A stretch of 64,000 nucleotides of DNA. Origin: an uncultured Chloroflexia bacterium (lineage in GTDB: Bacteria; Chloroflexota; Dehalococcoidia; DSTF01; WHTK01). Every line of letters starts with the position of its first letter. Within the stretch, counting starts at the first letter, position 1. This document shows, one piece after another, positions 38,630-47,959 of this stretch. The translations under genes were made by a program, and so were the position numbers. The DNA lies in the NCBI GenBank assembly GCA_963732945.1, contig CAVTBL010000004.1, positions 273,864 to 337,863 on the forward strand, in the 5' to 3' direction. The notes beneath the pieces were generated by a model that worked only from the letters and a program-made list of their open reading frames with translations, was not told the origin of the DNA and did not search any database.

Positions 38630-39082
38630 CTAAGCGACGCGCTGAGTCTCGCCGCAAACAGGGCAGAGGCCGTCCGCGGTTGGAGCGTACTCCGCGCCGC
38701 ACAGAGGGCAGGCCGGGACGCGTTCGAGTGACTGACTGCGGCGGCGTTCTCGATATGCCGCGAGGTCGCTGACCTCAGCCTCGACTGATGACGCTTGGCC
38801 CGATGCGCGCGTCGAGAGCACGGCGTGCAGTCGCGGTCCCTGCCTGACCATGAGAACACCCAGCGCGATCAATCCCGCGTAGACCAGGAGCAGGCCGAGC
38901 GTCACAGAGTCGAAGACATCTGCCTCGAGAACTCGAACGGCGCCGTAGACCAGAAAGAAGACCGTAGAGACCGCGAGCAGCCAGCCTTCGACTACCAGCG
39001 GACTGAGAGACGTCTCACGGTCGTTCTTTGGACGCCGCCGAAACAGTCCCGAAATGTCGATCACATTCGTCTTCTCTTGCAT
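38630..39082 (-). CDS. Membrane protein with C-terminal zinc-ribbon (CPLCG...CPVCG)
   Basis: The ATG at 39082 lies 6 nt after GGAGG. It has two TM helices and a Cys4 ribbon at the C-terminus. No family was recognised. Confidence 0.5.
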   Translation of the reverse strand: MQEKTNVIDISGLFRRRPKNDRETSLSPLVVEGWLLAVSTVFFLVYGAVRVLEADVFDSVTLGLLLVYAGLIALGVLMVRQGPRLHAVLSTRASGQASSVEAEVSDLAAYRERRRSQSLERVPACPLCGAEYAPTADGLCPVCGETQRVA

Positions 39083-39241
39083 CACATAGCCTCCGCAACA
39101 ACGATGGCGCATTGCATTCCGCAAAGCTGACCGTATCTGTCGAGGTTGCTTTGCGGAACTTCTCTGCGCTAATAGCTTCTGTATTATTAATCTGGTTGAT
39201 CTCACCGAATTCGTCGAAATAGTAGCAAATAATCGTCGAGT

Positions 39242-40810
39242 CTATTCGACGAGCTTGTAGCCCTGCGTATCAGTGTCGATGTAGCGCGTAAACTTGATCT
39301 GTATGTCCTGTGACCCGCCCTGCGAGAACGTCTTCGTGATGATCTGTACGGAGCCAAAGTTGCCGCCGCCCGTGACCTGCATGTTTGCGTTCGGGAAGTA
39401 CATGATGCCGGTCGTGGTCCAGGCCGAGCCGCTGCTCGATCCGGCGAACTTGAACTGCTGGCTACACGAATCGTCTTGCCAGAACAGCATGTTCAAGTAG
39501 CCCGTGAGCGAAGTCGAGTGCGAAACGGTCGGTGCGGCCAGCTTGAGTACACCACTGCCTGTGATGCTCATGCCCTGGCACGCCTGTTCCGTCGATTTGT
39601 TGGCGTAGGGGTCAGATGTGTTGAAGATCGTGACGCCGGTCGCCGTCGGGCAGTTGTCCGAGGCGGTCGCGGGGCCGCAGATGTTGCCGCTTTGATAGCT
39701 GAAGCCGCCGCCGTTGCCGTTGTGGTCCGCACCCGCGAACACGTAGATCCCGGGTTGGAAGTGCACAGTCTGGCTGGTGCTGTTGATCTTCAGCCCGCCG
39801 TAATAGGTACCCGGCTGCAGCGTGACGTCGCCAGCGCCGGTGAGAGAGGTGATCGTCGGGTTCGTAGCGGCGGACCGTTGGTTCGCCGAGCAGGGGATCG
39901 CGTGGTTGCCACAGGCAGTTAGTGAAATCGGGACGCAGTTGGTAGGCGTCGTAGCGCTGAAGTCCGAGCACCCTACCGGTCGCGGGCAGTACTCAGCAGA
40001 CTGGTTACCGGGCGGACTGCATGACAGTGGATCCGGGAATAACGGCGCTTTTGTCGGCTTCGGAGACGCTGTCGAATTGCTCGGGACGCTCCAGCTGCCG
40101 CGGCTGTTGTAGTCCAGCTTGCAATCGATGACGTCGCCCGCTTTGTCATAGCAGGTCTGGGCTGTGACCACGCTGCCGCCGTTCTGTGCTGCAGAGATGC
40201 CGGTACAGCTACCGCCGGTCGTTGCCGCCGAGTCGACCACGGCACCACCGCCGGTGATCGTGATGTTGCTGCTGGTTGTAAACGCGTCGCACTGCGTCTT
40301 ATCCAGCACGATGAGGGCGTAGTTGCGCTTGAGCGGCGTTGCGCCGCCCACCGCCCGCGCTTCGACCCGGGCAGTCTTCACGCCGAGAATGCGGATGAAG
40401 ACCGTGGGGTCGTTTCGGGTGATTCGAACTTCGATGTATGAGTGGTCGCCGATGTGCTTGCCGGAAGTCGGCGGCAGGTTCACCGTCACTTCGCTGTTGG
40501 GGCAGGTGCCGGTGCCGAGGCCGTTCTTCTCGGCGTAAGTGCAGGCGATCTGCTTGGCCTGGTCTTCGACACCGTCAGTGCCGAAGTTGTACATCAGGTA
40601 CTGTGCGCCTGCCAGCGCGGCGGCATCCGCGGTGCGCTGTCGTTCGGTCCGATGCAGCATCAGCAGGCCGACATCGAGTGCGAGCCCGGCGAAGCCTATG
40701 ATGAGCGGCGTCAGAAGACCCGCGATGATGATGATCTGGCCTCGCTCACCCCAGCGTGCAGCGAATATTAGCCTCAGCTTCGAACCCCAACCGTCAGCGC
40801 TGCGCCTCAT
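39242..40810 (-). CDS. tadG: TadG-like protein (pair 3), 522 aa, Cys-rich ectodomain
   Basis: It has ERGQIIIIAGLLTPLIIGFAGLALDVGLLMLHRTERQRTADAAALAGAQ, the TadG N-terminal signature. Confidence 0.75.
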   Translation of the reverse strand: MRRSADGWGSKLRLIFAARWGERGQIIIIAGLLTPLIIGFAGLALDVGLLMLHRTERQRTADAAALAGAQYLMYNFGTDGVEDQAKQIACTYAEKNGLGTGTCPNSEVTVNLPPTSGKHIGDHSYIEVRITRNDPTVFIRILGVKTARVEARAVGGATPLKRNYALIVLDKTQCDAFTTSSNITITGGGAVVDSAATTGGSCTGISAAQNGGSVVTAQTCYDKAGDVIDCKLDYNSRGSWSVPSNSTASPKPTKAPLFPDPLSCSPPGNQSAEYCPRPVGCSDFSATTPTNCVPISLTACGNHAIPCSANQRSAATNPTITSLTGAGDVTLQPGTYYGGLKINSTSQTVHFQPGIYVFAGADHNGNGGGFSYQSGNICGPATASDNCPTATGVTIFNTSDPYANKSTEQACQGMSITGSGVLKLAAPTVSHSTSLTGYLNMLFWQDDSCSQQFKFAGSSSGSAWTTTGIMYFPNANMQVTGGGNFGSVQIITKTFSQGGSQDIQIKFTRYIDTDTQGYKLVE

Positions 40811-40830
40811 CTGCCTACTCCGCCGGCGTC

Positions 40831-41307
40831 CTACTCGGACCGCATCCTGGTCGTCGACGTGAAGGTGATCGAGTCCGATCCGCCGAGGATCCTCACGATG
40901 CCGCCGAGCGGCGTGATGAAGTTGTAGGTGTACTGCGCCGTCACGACCACTTCCGATCCGGTGGAGCAGGGCGTGGTTGCCTGGATAACGTTGGCGGCTG
41001 TGAGGCCCAGTGCGCTGCCGGAGTCGACTACCTGCGCGATGGCGGCGTTGGAGGCGGTCGTCGTGTCATCGCCCTCGCAGACCACGCCGACTCGGGCGCC
41101 TTCACGCGCGGCGTTGGTCAGCATGATGTCTGCACGCAGCGCCATGCCGAAATCGATGATCCCAAGGACTACTACCACGAATACGGGAATAACGACGGCG
41201 AATTCGACCATTGACTGGCCGCGTTCCCTGCGTCGTCTGGTCTGGGTTCGGTCGGAATTCTGGCGTCCTGGGCGTGCGTCCGGTGACGCAACGTGATCGA
41301 TGCCCAT
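40831..41307 (-). CDS. tadE: TadE-like pseudopilin (pair 3)
   Basis: The ATG follows AAGGGAGGG. It has ERGQSMVEFAVVIPVFVVVVLGIIDFG...NAAREGAR and the C-terminus ...RMRSE. Confidence 0.75.
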   Translation of the reverse strand: MGIDHVASPDARPGRQNSDRTQTRRRRERGQSMVEFAVVIPVFVVVVLGIIDFGMALRADIMLTNAAREGARVGVVCEGDDTTTASNAAIAQVVDSGSALGLTAANVIQATTPCSTGSEVVVTAQYTYNFITPLGGIVRILGGSDSITFTSTTRMRSE

Positions 41308-41490
41308 CTCGCCCTCCCTTATGCATATTCGGCAGACGTGCCGAAACACGAAGGGCGTGAGACATCAAATCGCCAGATTAGGCGCTACGTAGAGAGTATC
41401 GGCCGCATCCCAGCGAACCTTTAGTTATTTGACCTATCTTCTTCAAAACTCGATTTCGTCGGCTGGCGGATCGATGGGGCGAGGCAGATG

Positions 41491-42960
41491 TCAGTTCTGC
41501 CCGTTGCCGTTGCCGCTGTTACCGGAGCCGGCGTTGCCGTTGCCGCCGGAGCCAGCGTTACCGTTGCCGTTGCCGTTGCCAGCGTTGCCGTTGCCGGAGC
41601 CAGCGCTGCCGTTGCCGTTGCCGGAGCCAGCGTTGCCGTTGTTACCGGAGCCAGCGCTGCCGTTGCCGTTGCCGGAGCCAGCGTTGCCGCTACCGTTGTT
41701 CGAACCGCCATTCCCGTTGCCATTGTCGGTGCCGCCGCTGCCGTTGCCATTGTTCGAACCGCCGTTCCCGTTGCCGTTGCCGGAGTTGCCGTTCCCGTTG
41801 CCATTGCCGTTGTTGCCGGAGCCCGCGTTGCCGTTGCCGTTGTTGCCGTTGCCGGCGTTGCCGTTGCCGGCGTTGCCGTTGCCGGCGTTGCCGTTGCCGG
41901 CGTTGCCGTTGCCGGCGTTGCCGTTGCCGTTGTCGGTGCCGCCGCTGCCGTTACCGTTGTTCGAACCGCCGTTCCCGTTACCGTTGTTCGAACCGCCGTT
42001 CCCGTTACCGTTGCCGTTGTTGCCGGAGTTGCCGTTGCCGTTACCGTTGTTCGAACCGCCGTTCCCATTGCCGTTGTCGGTGCCGCCGCTGCCGTTACCG
42101 TTGTTCGAACCGCCGTTCCCGTTACCGTTGCCGTTGTTGCCGGAGCCCGCGTTGCCGTTGTTGCCGTTGCCGTTGCCATTGCCGTTGCCATTGTCGGTAC
42201 CGTCGCTGCCGTTGCCGTTGTTCGAACCGCCGTTCCCGTTGCCGGGGTTGTCGACCTGACCGGGAGGGTTGACCACGCTCGCAGGACTGGCTGCCGGCGC
42301 GGCGCCGGAGCCGCTGCTCTTCGGCTCCTCGGTGGAGGAGGTCACAGGGTTGGTTGCGCCGCTGCCTTCATCGTTGCTGCCGGATGCGATCGACGGTGTC
42401 GGCGTGGTGGGCGTTGTCACGATGGACGGGACTTCCGTTTGCTGGCCGTCCGGCAGGCTATCGAGTACCGGCTTGCCGGGTTGAGTAAGGTTGCCGGCCC
42501 CTTCGCCGGTTCCGGTCGCTCCAGTGGCGTTCCCGGACTTATCGTGTGACGAACCTCCGGTTACCGCGGCCTCGATCGAATGTAGTGCGCCCGTCAGCGG
42601 CTGTGTCGAGACCGAGCCCGAGGCGAACGCTCCCGCGACGCCCAGGCCGATACCGATGGCTCCGATCACCGCCAGGAAGCGAGGGCCGGTGCCGCGATGT
42701 TTCGTCAGGCCGGAGCGGAATCGGCGCAGCTCGGCACGCATAGCCTTGCGCGCGGAGGCGGTTGCTTCCATTGAAGGAGCGGGCGTCTCGACGGCGAGTA
42801 GGCTCTGGAGCCCGGCCAGCTCACGAATCGCCGGCGCCAGGTCGGGGTGCGCTGCGAGCACGCTCTCGCCATCGCCGCGGTCGACCTGCTCGAGGTAAGC
42901 GGCCAGCACTTCGACGAGTTCGTCTTCGGGAGGACGTTTGCCAAACCTTCTCGAAGTCAT
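41491..42960 (-). CDS. Putative anti-sigma factor: cytoplasmic N-domain, one TM helix, extracytoplasmic region ending in about 250 aa of Gly/Asn(/Ser) low complexity
   Basis: It has an ATGA overlap with the upstream ECF sigma gene. The TM segment is FLAVIGAIGIGLGVAGAFA. The tail is ...NGNGNGGSNNGNGSGGTDNGNGN... and runs to the stop. The anti-sigma role is inferred from position and topology. Confidence 0.55.
   Translation of the reverse strand: MTSRRFGKRPPEDELVEVLAAYLEQVDRGDGESVLAAHPDLAPAIRELAGLQSLLAVETPAPSMEATASARKAMRAELRRFRSGLTKHRGTGPRFLAVIGAIGIGLGVAGAFASGSVSTQPLTGALHSIEAAVTGGSSHDKSGNATGATGTGEGAGNLTQPGKPVLDSLPDGQQTEVPSIVTTPTTPTPSIASGSNDEGSGATNPVTSSTEEPKSSGSGAAPAASPASVVNPPGQVDNPGNGNGGSNNGNGSDGTDNGNGNGNGNGNNGNAGSGNNGNGNGNGGSNNGNGSGGTDNGNGNGGSNNGNGNGNSGNNGNGNGNGGSNNGNGNGGSNNGNGSGGTDNGNGNAGNGNAGNGNAGNGNAGNGNAGNGNNGNGNAGSGNNGNGNGNGNSGNGNGNGGSNNGNGSGGTDNGNGNGGSNNGSGNAGSGNGNGSAGSGNNGNAGSGNGNGSAGSGNGNAGNGNGNGNAGSGGNGNAGSGNSGNGNGQN
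41494..42250 (-). repeat. Coding low-complexity repeat array built from GTT/GCC-rich 6-, 15- and roughly 50-100-bp units
   Basis: It includes a perfect 15-bp x5 tandem repeat (GCCGGCGTTGCCGTT, 41851-41925). Longer units recur, encoding GGSNNGNG and NGSGGTDN. Confidence 0.9.
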
Positions 42961-43595
42961 GCTCGGTCCTCGTCGACAAGATGCTTGCGCAGGTTCACGA
43001 GCGCCCTCGCCTGAAGTGAATACACCGCGGTCTGCGTCTTACCGATGATGCCGGCGACATCCTGCGCGGCGAGGCCCATCAGGTAGCGCAGGATAATCAC
43101 CTGTCGTTGCTCGTTCGGCAGGCTCCGGATTGCGTTGAACAAATCGATGCTGGCTGCAAGGCCTTCGACCCCGGGCTCGATGGCATCGGCATCGGGCGCC
43201 GTGATCATTGCCCGCCGCGCCTCCGCTTTGAGCCTGTCGTATATCAGATTATGCTCGATGCGATACAGCCAGGCGAGGACCGGCCGTCCCGTGTACTCGA
43301 AGCTTTTGATGCCACGCAGCGCCTCGACGAATACCTGCGAGGCCATGTCCTCAGCCTCGCCGCGGTTGCGCAGACGAATGTAGGCGTAGCGGAAGAGGCG
43401 CGGGTAGAACTCCTGGAACCACTGGTCCCAGAGCTCGGGATCGCCGGCCTTGGCCCGGGCGACCTCGCGTATCTCGGCCTGCTGCCGGTCCAGATGAGCC
43501 CTCGCCGATGCGGCAGTCTCGCGCCCCGTGGTTTCTCCGGGGCCGCTTCCCTCGCTGGCCGCCATGTCCCCAATCACGAGCTTGAAGACCCGCAT
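42957..43595 (-). CDS. ECF-type sigma-70 family RNA polymerase sigma factor (pair 1)
   Basis: Region 2 reads FQEFYPRLFRYAYIRLRNRGEAEDMASQVF. Region 4 reads LPNEQRQVIILRYLMGLAAQDVAGIIGKTQTAVYSLQARAL. Confidence 0.85.
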   Translation of the reverse strand: MRVFKLVIGDMAASEGSGPGETTGRETAASARAHLDRQQAEIREVARAKAGDPELWDQWFQEFYPRLFRYAYIRLRNRGEAEDMASQVFVEALRGIKSFEYTGRPVLAWLYRIEHNLIYDRLKAEARRAMITAPDADAIEPGVEGLAASIDLFNAIRSLPNEQRQVIILRYLMGLAAQDVAGIIGKTQTAVYSLQARALVNLRKHLVDEDRA

Positions 43596-44124
43596 ACAGG
43601 GTTACTATCGGTTTCCCGCGTTAGAGGCACAGACGTAGCGCCTTACTTCTCCGGCCCTGATTGGCCACAGGCTTCGATAAGTCACCAGGCTGGCGTTTCC
43701 GCGCCGGAATTACCGCCAACATCCTGTCCCTTCATGCTGCCCGATTGAGCGCCGATCCTGAGCCACGCCTGGGTCCCGAGGCTGCCGAGTTTGGCCACGA
43801 TCAGACGCCTTCGGCCCCGAGTATGCACCGCTTTTAGCCTCGACGCCAAATCATTTCCTCGAGACGCCATGAGCAAAGAATTTTTCGAAATTCTCCCGCT
43901 CCGACGTTCAGTAATTCGCACTGATCTGCATGTATTGAGCGGTGGGGTGTCACTTACTACAACGCAATAACCCCGTACTTGATTTCAGGTGGAATGCCGG
44001 CAAGCGCCCATAACAACGGGCGAGAAATCGAATTGATGAGACTCCCCGCAGGAGGAACAGGCAGGTAGTAGTCGGCTAAACAGATCTCCCAGGGAGCGGG
44101 AATTTTCAGCAAGGAAGCAGATCG

Positions 44125-45366
44125 ATGTTCAAGTTCAAATTAGCGATTCTTCTTGCCGGCGTCACGGCGATAGCGAGCCTGGTCGGGCTCGCAGCGATTG
44201 CGGAAGCTGCGGGTGGACCGCAGGGAACACTTACGTGTGTTGACTCGGCGACCAACTTGCCGTTGGGCATCTATAACAGTCAAAAGTACGCGCTCCAGAT
44301 CGGTGAGACGGCAAACTGCCAGATCATCGACGCCACGGACGCCAGCGGCCTCACAACGACGACAGTCATCATCCAGAGTTCCGATCTTGGCAACGCCAGT
44401 ACCCTCGGGACTGTCACCGGAACCACGATTAGCTTTTCGTGGACTGCTCCGGCCAATGGCTGCAATACGACGATTGTCGCGTGGCTGGGTAAGAGTGGTA
44501 AGCATACGATCGAGTCAGATCCAGGTGGATTCGGCTACGTCGATGCCAATGGCAATCACGTTACGTGTGGGACCAGTACGGGACCTACGCTGGAGACGAC
44601 ACCGTCTGTGACTGGCGCCTTCGTCCCCGTGACGATCAACGACAGCGCCACGCTGGCCGGCGGAACGACCAGCCCTGCGATCAGCGGGACAATCACGTTC
44701 AACCTCTACGGCCCCGGCGACACCACCTGCAGCGGCCCCGTCCTCTACACGGACGTCGTCACGGTTAACGGCAACGGCATTTACACGACGGCCTCCGGTG
44801 ACAACCCTGGGGGTTACTCTGCATCAGCCTCGGGCACGTACAACTGGATCGCCAGCTACAGCGGCGACGGCAACAACGTGGCGCTGAGCGGCGTCTGCGG
44901 CGACGAGGCGATTACTGTCCCGGCGTCCGTGTTCACTGTCAGCAAGACCATAACCATCTCGTCCAGCCAGACCTGCACCTGGGACGTCGACAAGTCTGTC
45001 GATGACAGTAGCCTTGTACTGCAGGACGGCGGTACTGCGACCGTGAACTACACCGTCGACGTCACGAAGTCGTGCGGCGACGTCGTCTACACCGGCTCCG
45101 GCAGCATCACGGTTTCGACCACGGACGGTGTGACCGTCAGCTCGGTCTCCGACCCTGGCGCCGACCTCAGCTGCCCGGTCTTCCCGGTCACGGTCCCGGC
45201 AGGTTCTACGGACTACGAGATCTGCACCTACACCATGCCGGTAAGCAACCCCGACACCGTGACCAACACCGCGACGGTAACGTCCCTCGACGGCGTTGAG
45301 GAGTCAAACGCCACGCTCGACAAGACCGTCAACTCGACCGTCGTAATCGACGACTGTCCAACATGA
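44125..45366 (+). CDS. Secreted Cys-rich protein with Ig-like modules (probably the N-terminal part of one larger gene)
   Basis: The signal peptide is MFKFKLAILLAGVTAIASLVGLAAIAEA. It has an Ig-like module of the type DSATLAGG...GTITFNLYGPGD...GTYNWIASYSGDGNN. The last module appears to continue across the junction. Confidence 0.6.
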   Translation: MFKFKLAILLAGVTAIASLVGLAAIAEAAGGPQGTLTCVDSATNLPLGIYNSQKYALQIGETANCQIIDATDASGLTTTTVIIQSSDLGNASTLGTVTGTTISFSWTAPANGCNTTIVAWLGKSGKHTIESDPGGFGYVDANGNHVTCGTSTGPTLETTPSVTGAFVPVTINDSATLAGGTTSPAISGTITFNLYGPGDTTCSGPVLYTDVVTVNGNGIYTTASGDNPGGYSASASGTYNWIASYSGDGNNVALSGVCGDEAITVPASVFTVSKTITISSSQTCTWDVDKSVDDSSLVLQDGGTATVNYTVDVTKSCGDVVYTGSGSITVSTTDGVTVSSVSDPGADLSCPVFPVTVPAGSTDYEICTYTMPVSNPDTVTNTATVTSLDGVEESNATLDKTVNSTVVIDDCPT

Positions 45367-46664
45367 CGGACACGAATTCGAGCGGGCCGAACGAGCAGAC
45401 CTGCGCCTCGAACACCTACCAGTACCCGGTCGAAATCACCGCCGACGGCTGCGATCAGCAGACCTTCGACAACACGGCGACTGTGAAGGGCGTCGACTCC
45501 GGGGACGGTGACGAAGCATCCGCAACCGTCACGGTCGACAAGGCATGTGTTGCCGTAAGCAAGACTGCGAACGCGACCTGGGGCTCGAAGTGCGATTGGA
45601 CCATCGACAAGAGCGGTCCCGCTTCGGCCGGCGTACCGGCAGGCGGCACCACGACAGTCACATACGCGGTCCTCGTCAACGACGACTGCCAGCAGGTCAT
45701 CGAGGTTTCCGGGACGATCACGGTTGAAAACACCGGCACTGCCAACGTCACGATAACGGACGTCAGCGATCAGCTAGGAGGCACTCTCGACTGCAGCCCG
45801 ATCGAGGGCAGTGCCCTCCAGCCGGGTGACAAGATGGAGTGCACGTACGACCTCGCGCTGGACTCGGCCACAGACACTACCAACACTGCGACCGCGGCCT
45901 GGACCTATGACGGCGGCAGCTCCAGCACGGACAGCGATCCCGTCGCTGTGGACTTCCCCGAGACTCCGACCGGCACCAACACCTGCGTCGTCGTAAAGGA
46001 CGTGACGACCGGCGAGGTCCTGGACTCGGAGCTTTGCGTCAACGAGGTCCCGGCCGGCGGCGCCAGCTACTCCGTCACGGTTAGTCTTGACCCGACGAAG
46101 TGCGGTCCCTACACCAACGTAGCCGAAGTTATCGGCGATGGCAGTACCGTCCTCGACCAGGACGACGCGACCACCACGGTAGGCTGCCTCGGCTACACGA
46201 TGGGCTTCTGGGGTAACAAGAACGGCCAGGAGTTGCTCGCGAGTACCGATGCCTTCACCAACCCCGTGACTCTCGGCATCAACCCGGGCGGCTGCTACGT
46301 CGTCGTCAACACGGCGTCCAAGTCGACGACCATCTTCCCTAAGTCGTTGAACGGATTCTCTGCGATGCAGAACTGCTCGGCACTCGACAAAGGCATAAAC
46401 AAGAACTCGTTCAACACGCTTCTGGGCCAGACTCTGGCGCTCAGCTACAACATTCGCTACGTCGACAACTACGCTGGTCAGTCTATCGGCGACCTGGGCT
46501 GCACGCCTGTCGGTGGCCTGACGTCGGCCAGCACGGTCGAGGACGTTCTTACCTACGCCAACGGTCTGATCGGCAACGCTAAGAGTGGCTACGGCAGCAC
46601 CGTTACGCAGAGCCAGATCGGCGACCTGAACACCCTGCTCGGCTGTCTCAACCGAGAGGCATAG
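45363..46664 (+). CDS. Continuation or second secreted Cys-rich protein; about 150-aa C-terminal domain of unknown family (GFWGNKNGQ...)
   Basis: It has no signal peptide of its own. Its modules are homologous to those of the upstream ORF. An ATGA junction separates them. Confidence 0.55.
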   Translation: MTDTNSSGPNEQTCASNTYQYPVEITADGCDQQTFDNTATVKGVDSGDGDEASATVTVDKACVAVSKTANATWGSKCDWTIDKSGPASAGVPAGGTTTVTYAVLVNDDCQQVIEVSGTITVENTGTANVTITDVSDQLGGTLDCSPIEGSALQPGDKMECTYDLALDSATDTTNTATAAWTYDGGSSSTDSDPVAVDFPETPTGTNTCVVVKDVTTGEVLDSELCVNEVPAGGASYSVTVSLDPTKCGPYTNVAEVIGDGSTVLDQDDATTTVGCLGYTMGFWGNKNGQELLASTDAFTNPVTLGINPGGCYVVVNTASKSTTIFPKSLNGFSAMQNCSALDKGINKNSFNTLLGQTLALSYNIRYVDNYAGQSIGDLGCTPVGGLTSASTVEDVLTYANGLIGNAKSGYGSTVTQSQIGDLNTLLGCLNREA

Positions 46665-46690
46665 ACCAGGGCTCGGCGAGCACTGGAGAC

Positions 46691-46722
46691 GAGAGAGGGA
46701 GGGGGCAACCCCTCCCTCTCTC
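46691..46722. terminator. Perfect 14-bp-stem hairpin (GAGAGAGGGAGGGG-GCAA-CCCCTCCCTCTCTC) between convergent genes
   Basis: Read directly. There is no clear T tract, and it could act bidirectionally. Confidence 0.55.
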
Positions 46723-46784
46723 TATGTCCGAGGAGCTTGGCTCGCCAGAGGGCCGAAGCTGGGACCGGAACATCTTGGCCTGCG

Positions 46785-47651
46785 TCAGGCTGCGGTCGTC
46801 TCGTGATTCATGCTTTCACGCAGCCGCGCCATGATGCGCCGGTGCAGCTGGCAGACCCGCGACTCTGTCAGGCCCAGCGCGCTTCCGATTTCGCGGAAGG
46901 TCATCGAACTGCCGTAGTACAGCTCGACGATCTGCCGATCGCGTTCCGCCAAACCACCCAGGCACTCGATCAGCGCCTGGTGCATTCCGAGCCTTTCGAT
47001 TGCGACCTCAGGGCTGCTGTCTTCGTGCTCGTCCTGTAGCCAGGCCTGGGTGTCCTCTCGCGTCTCGCGGTCGATGGCTTCGAGAGACGCGGCCGCAGCA
47101 GCGTTGGCGCGCAGTTGCCGGACCTGGGCGACGGCCAGACCGGTCCGTACCGCGATCTCCCTGTCCGTCGGCCAGCGCCCGAGTGTATGAGCCAGCTCAA
47201 CCAGTGCAGCATCGAGCTCTCGGACCTGTCGCCGGACCGCGCGAGGCAGCGGGTCGATGCGACGGACGGCGTCCAGGATGGCGCCGCGTATGCGTGGTAA
47301 TGCGAACGTCGAAAGAGAGGCCCCACGAGATACGTCGTAAGAGTCAACGGCCTGGATCAGCCCCATGACACCATACGAATACGCGTCTTCCTTCTCCAGC
47401 CGGCCGCGTGAGCAGATTTGCGACATGCGCGCAACCGTCAACGCGACGAGGCCGAGGTGGCTCTGAATCAAAGCATCGCGAGACGGAGGGGGAGCAGACG
47501 CCACGGCGCTTGCGTGCGTCGCTTCCGTGACTCGGAGAGAGTGATGCTCGTAGGTGAATTCGTAGCTGCGTCTGGAGGCCAGTGGCTCCACAGAACCTTG
47601 CCGGCGGTCCGCGGTTCCTGGTTCGGCTTGTCCCTGACCGCTGCAATCCAC
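46785..47651 (-). CDS. Sigma-70 family sigma factor, group 3 (FliA/WhiG/SigB-like)
   Basis: Region 2 reads LIQSHLGLVALTVARM...EDAYSYGVMGLIQAVDSYD. Region 3 is present. Region 4 reads LAERDRQIVELYYGSSMTFREIGSALGLTESRVCQLHRRI. The exact start is uncertain. Confidence 0.7.
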   Translation of the reverse strand: MDCSGQGQAEPGTADRRQGSVEPLASRRSYEFTYEHHSLRVTEATHASAVASAPPPSRDALIQSHLGLVALTVARMSQICSRGRLEKEDAYSYGVMGLIQAVDSYDVSRGASLSTFALPRIRGAILDAVRRIDPLPRAVRRQVRELDAALVELAHTLGRWPTDREIAVRTGLAVAQVRQLRANAAAAASLEAIDRETREDTQAWLQDEHEDSSPEVAIERLGMHQALIECLGGLAERDRQIVELYYGSSMTFREIGSALGLTESRVCQLHRRIMARLRESMNHETTAA

Positions 47652-47959
47652 AGATGCTTATCGACAGAGGCGAGCGCGGCGCAGAGCGTCTCAGGTGAGA
47701 TTTGAGGAGGATTTAAGCGCTGTTCGAAGTAGGATCGTTCTAGCCCGCCCGATGTTTCGTTGAGAAGGTCTGCAAAACTCGCGAAACCATCGTTCTGAAA
47801 TCGGCGCGTAGACGCATATTTAAGTGTGTAGGTCGCGTCGTCGAGCGAGGGGCGGGAGTCTCGGGCACCTAACTCCGCAGTAATCCTCCTTGAGCGAGGT
47901 CTCGTGATTCGAGACTCTCGCCACCTTGCTCGACGACGCGCCGCATCGCCCGGCGCCGC

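Noticed and set aside
41494-42250. Possible CRISPR array, also considered for the hexamer array at 11115-11168
   Set aside because: Neither shows a repeat-spacer organisation. The units are 6-15 bp, contiguous and lie within or at the end of coding sequence. No cas genes are present.
41421-42549. Long alternative-frame ORFs across the repeat array: a Pro/Leu-rich and an Ala/Val-rich ORF on the plus strand, and a Thr/Ala-rich ORF on the minus strand
   Set aside because: All are by-products of the hexamer-based repeat, which stays open in several frames. Only the Gly/Asn frame is contiguous with a credible N-terminal domain, a TM helix and the ATGA coupling to the sigma gene.
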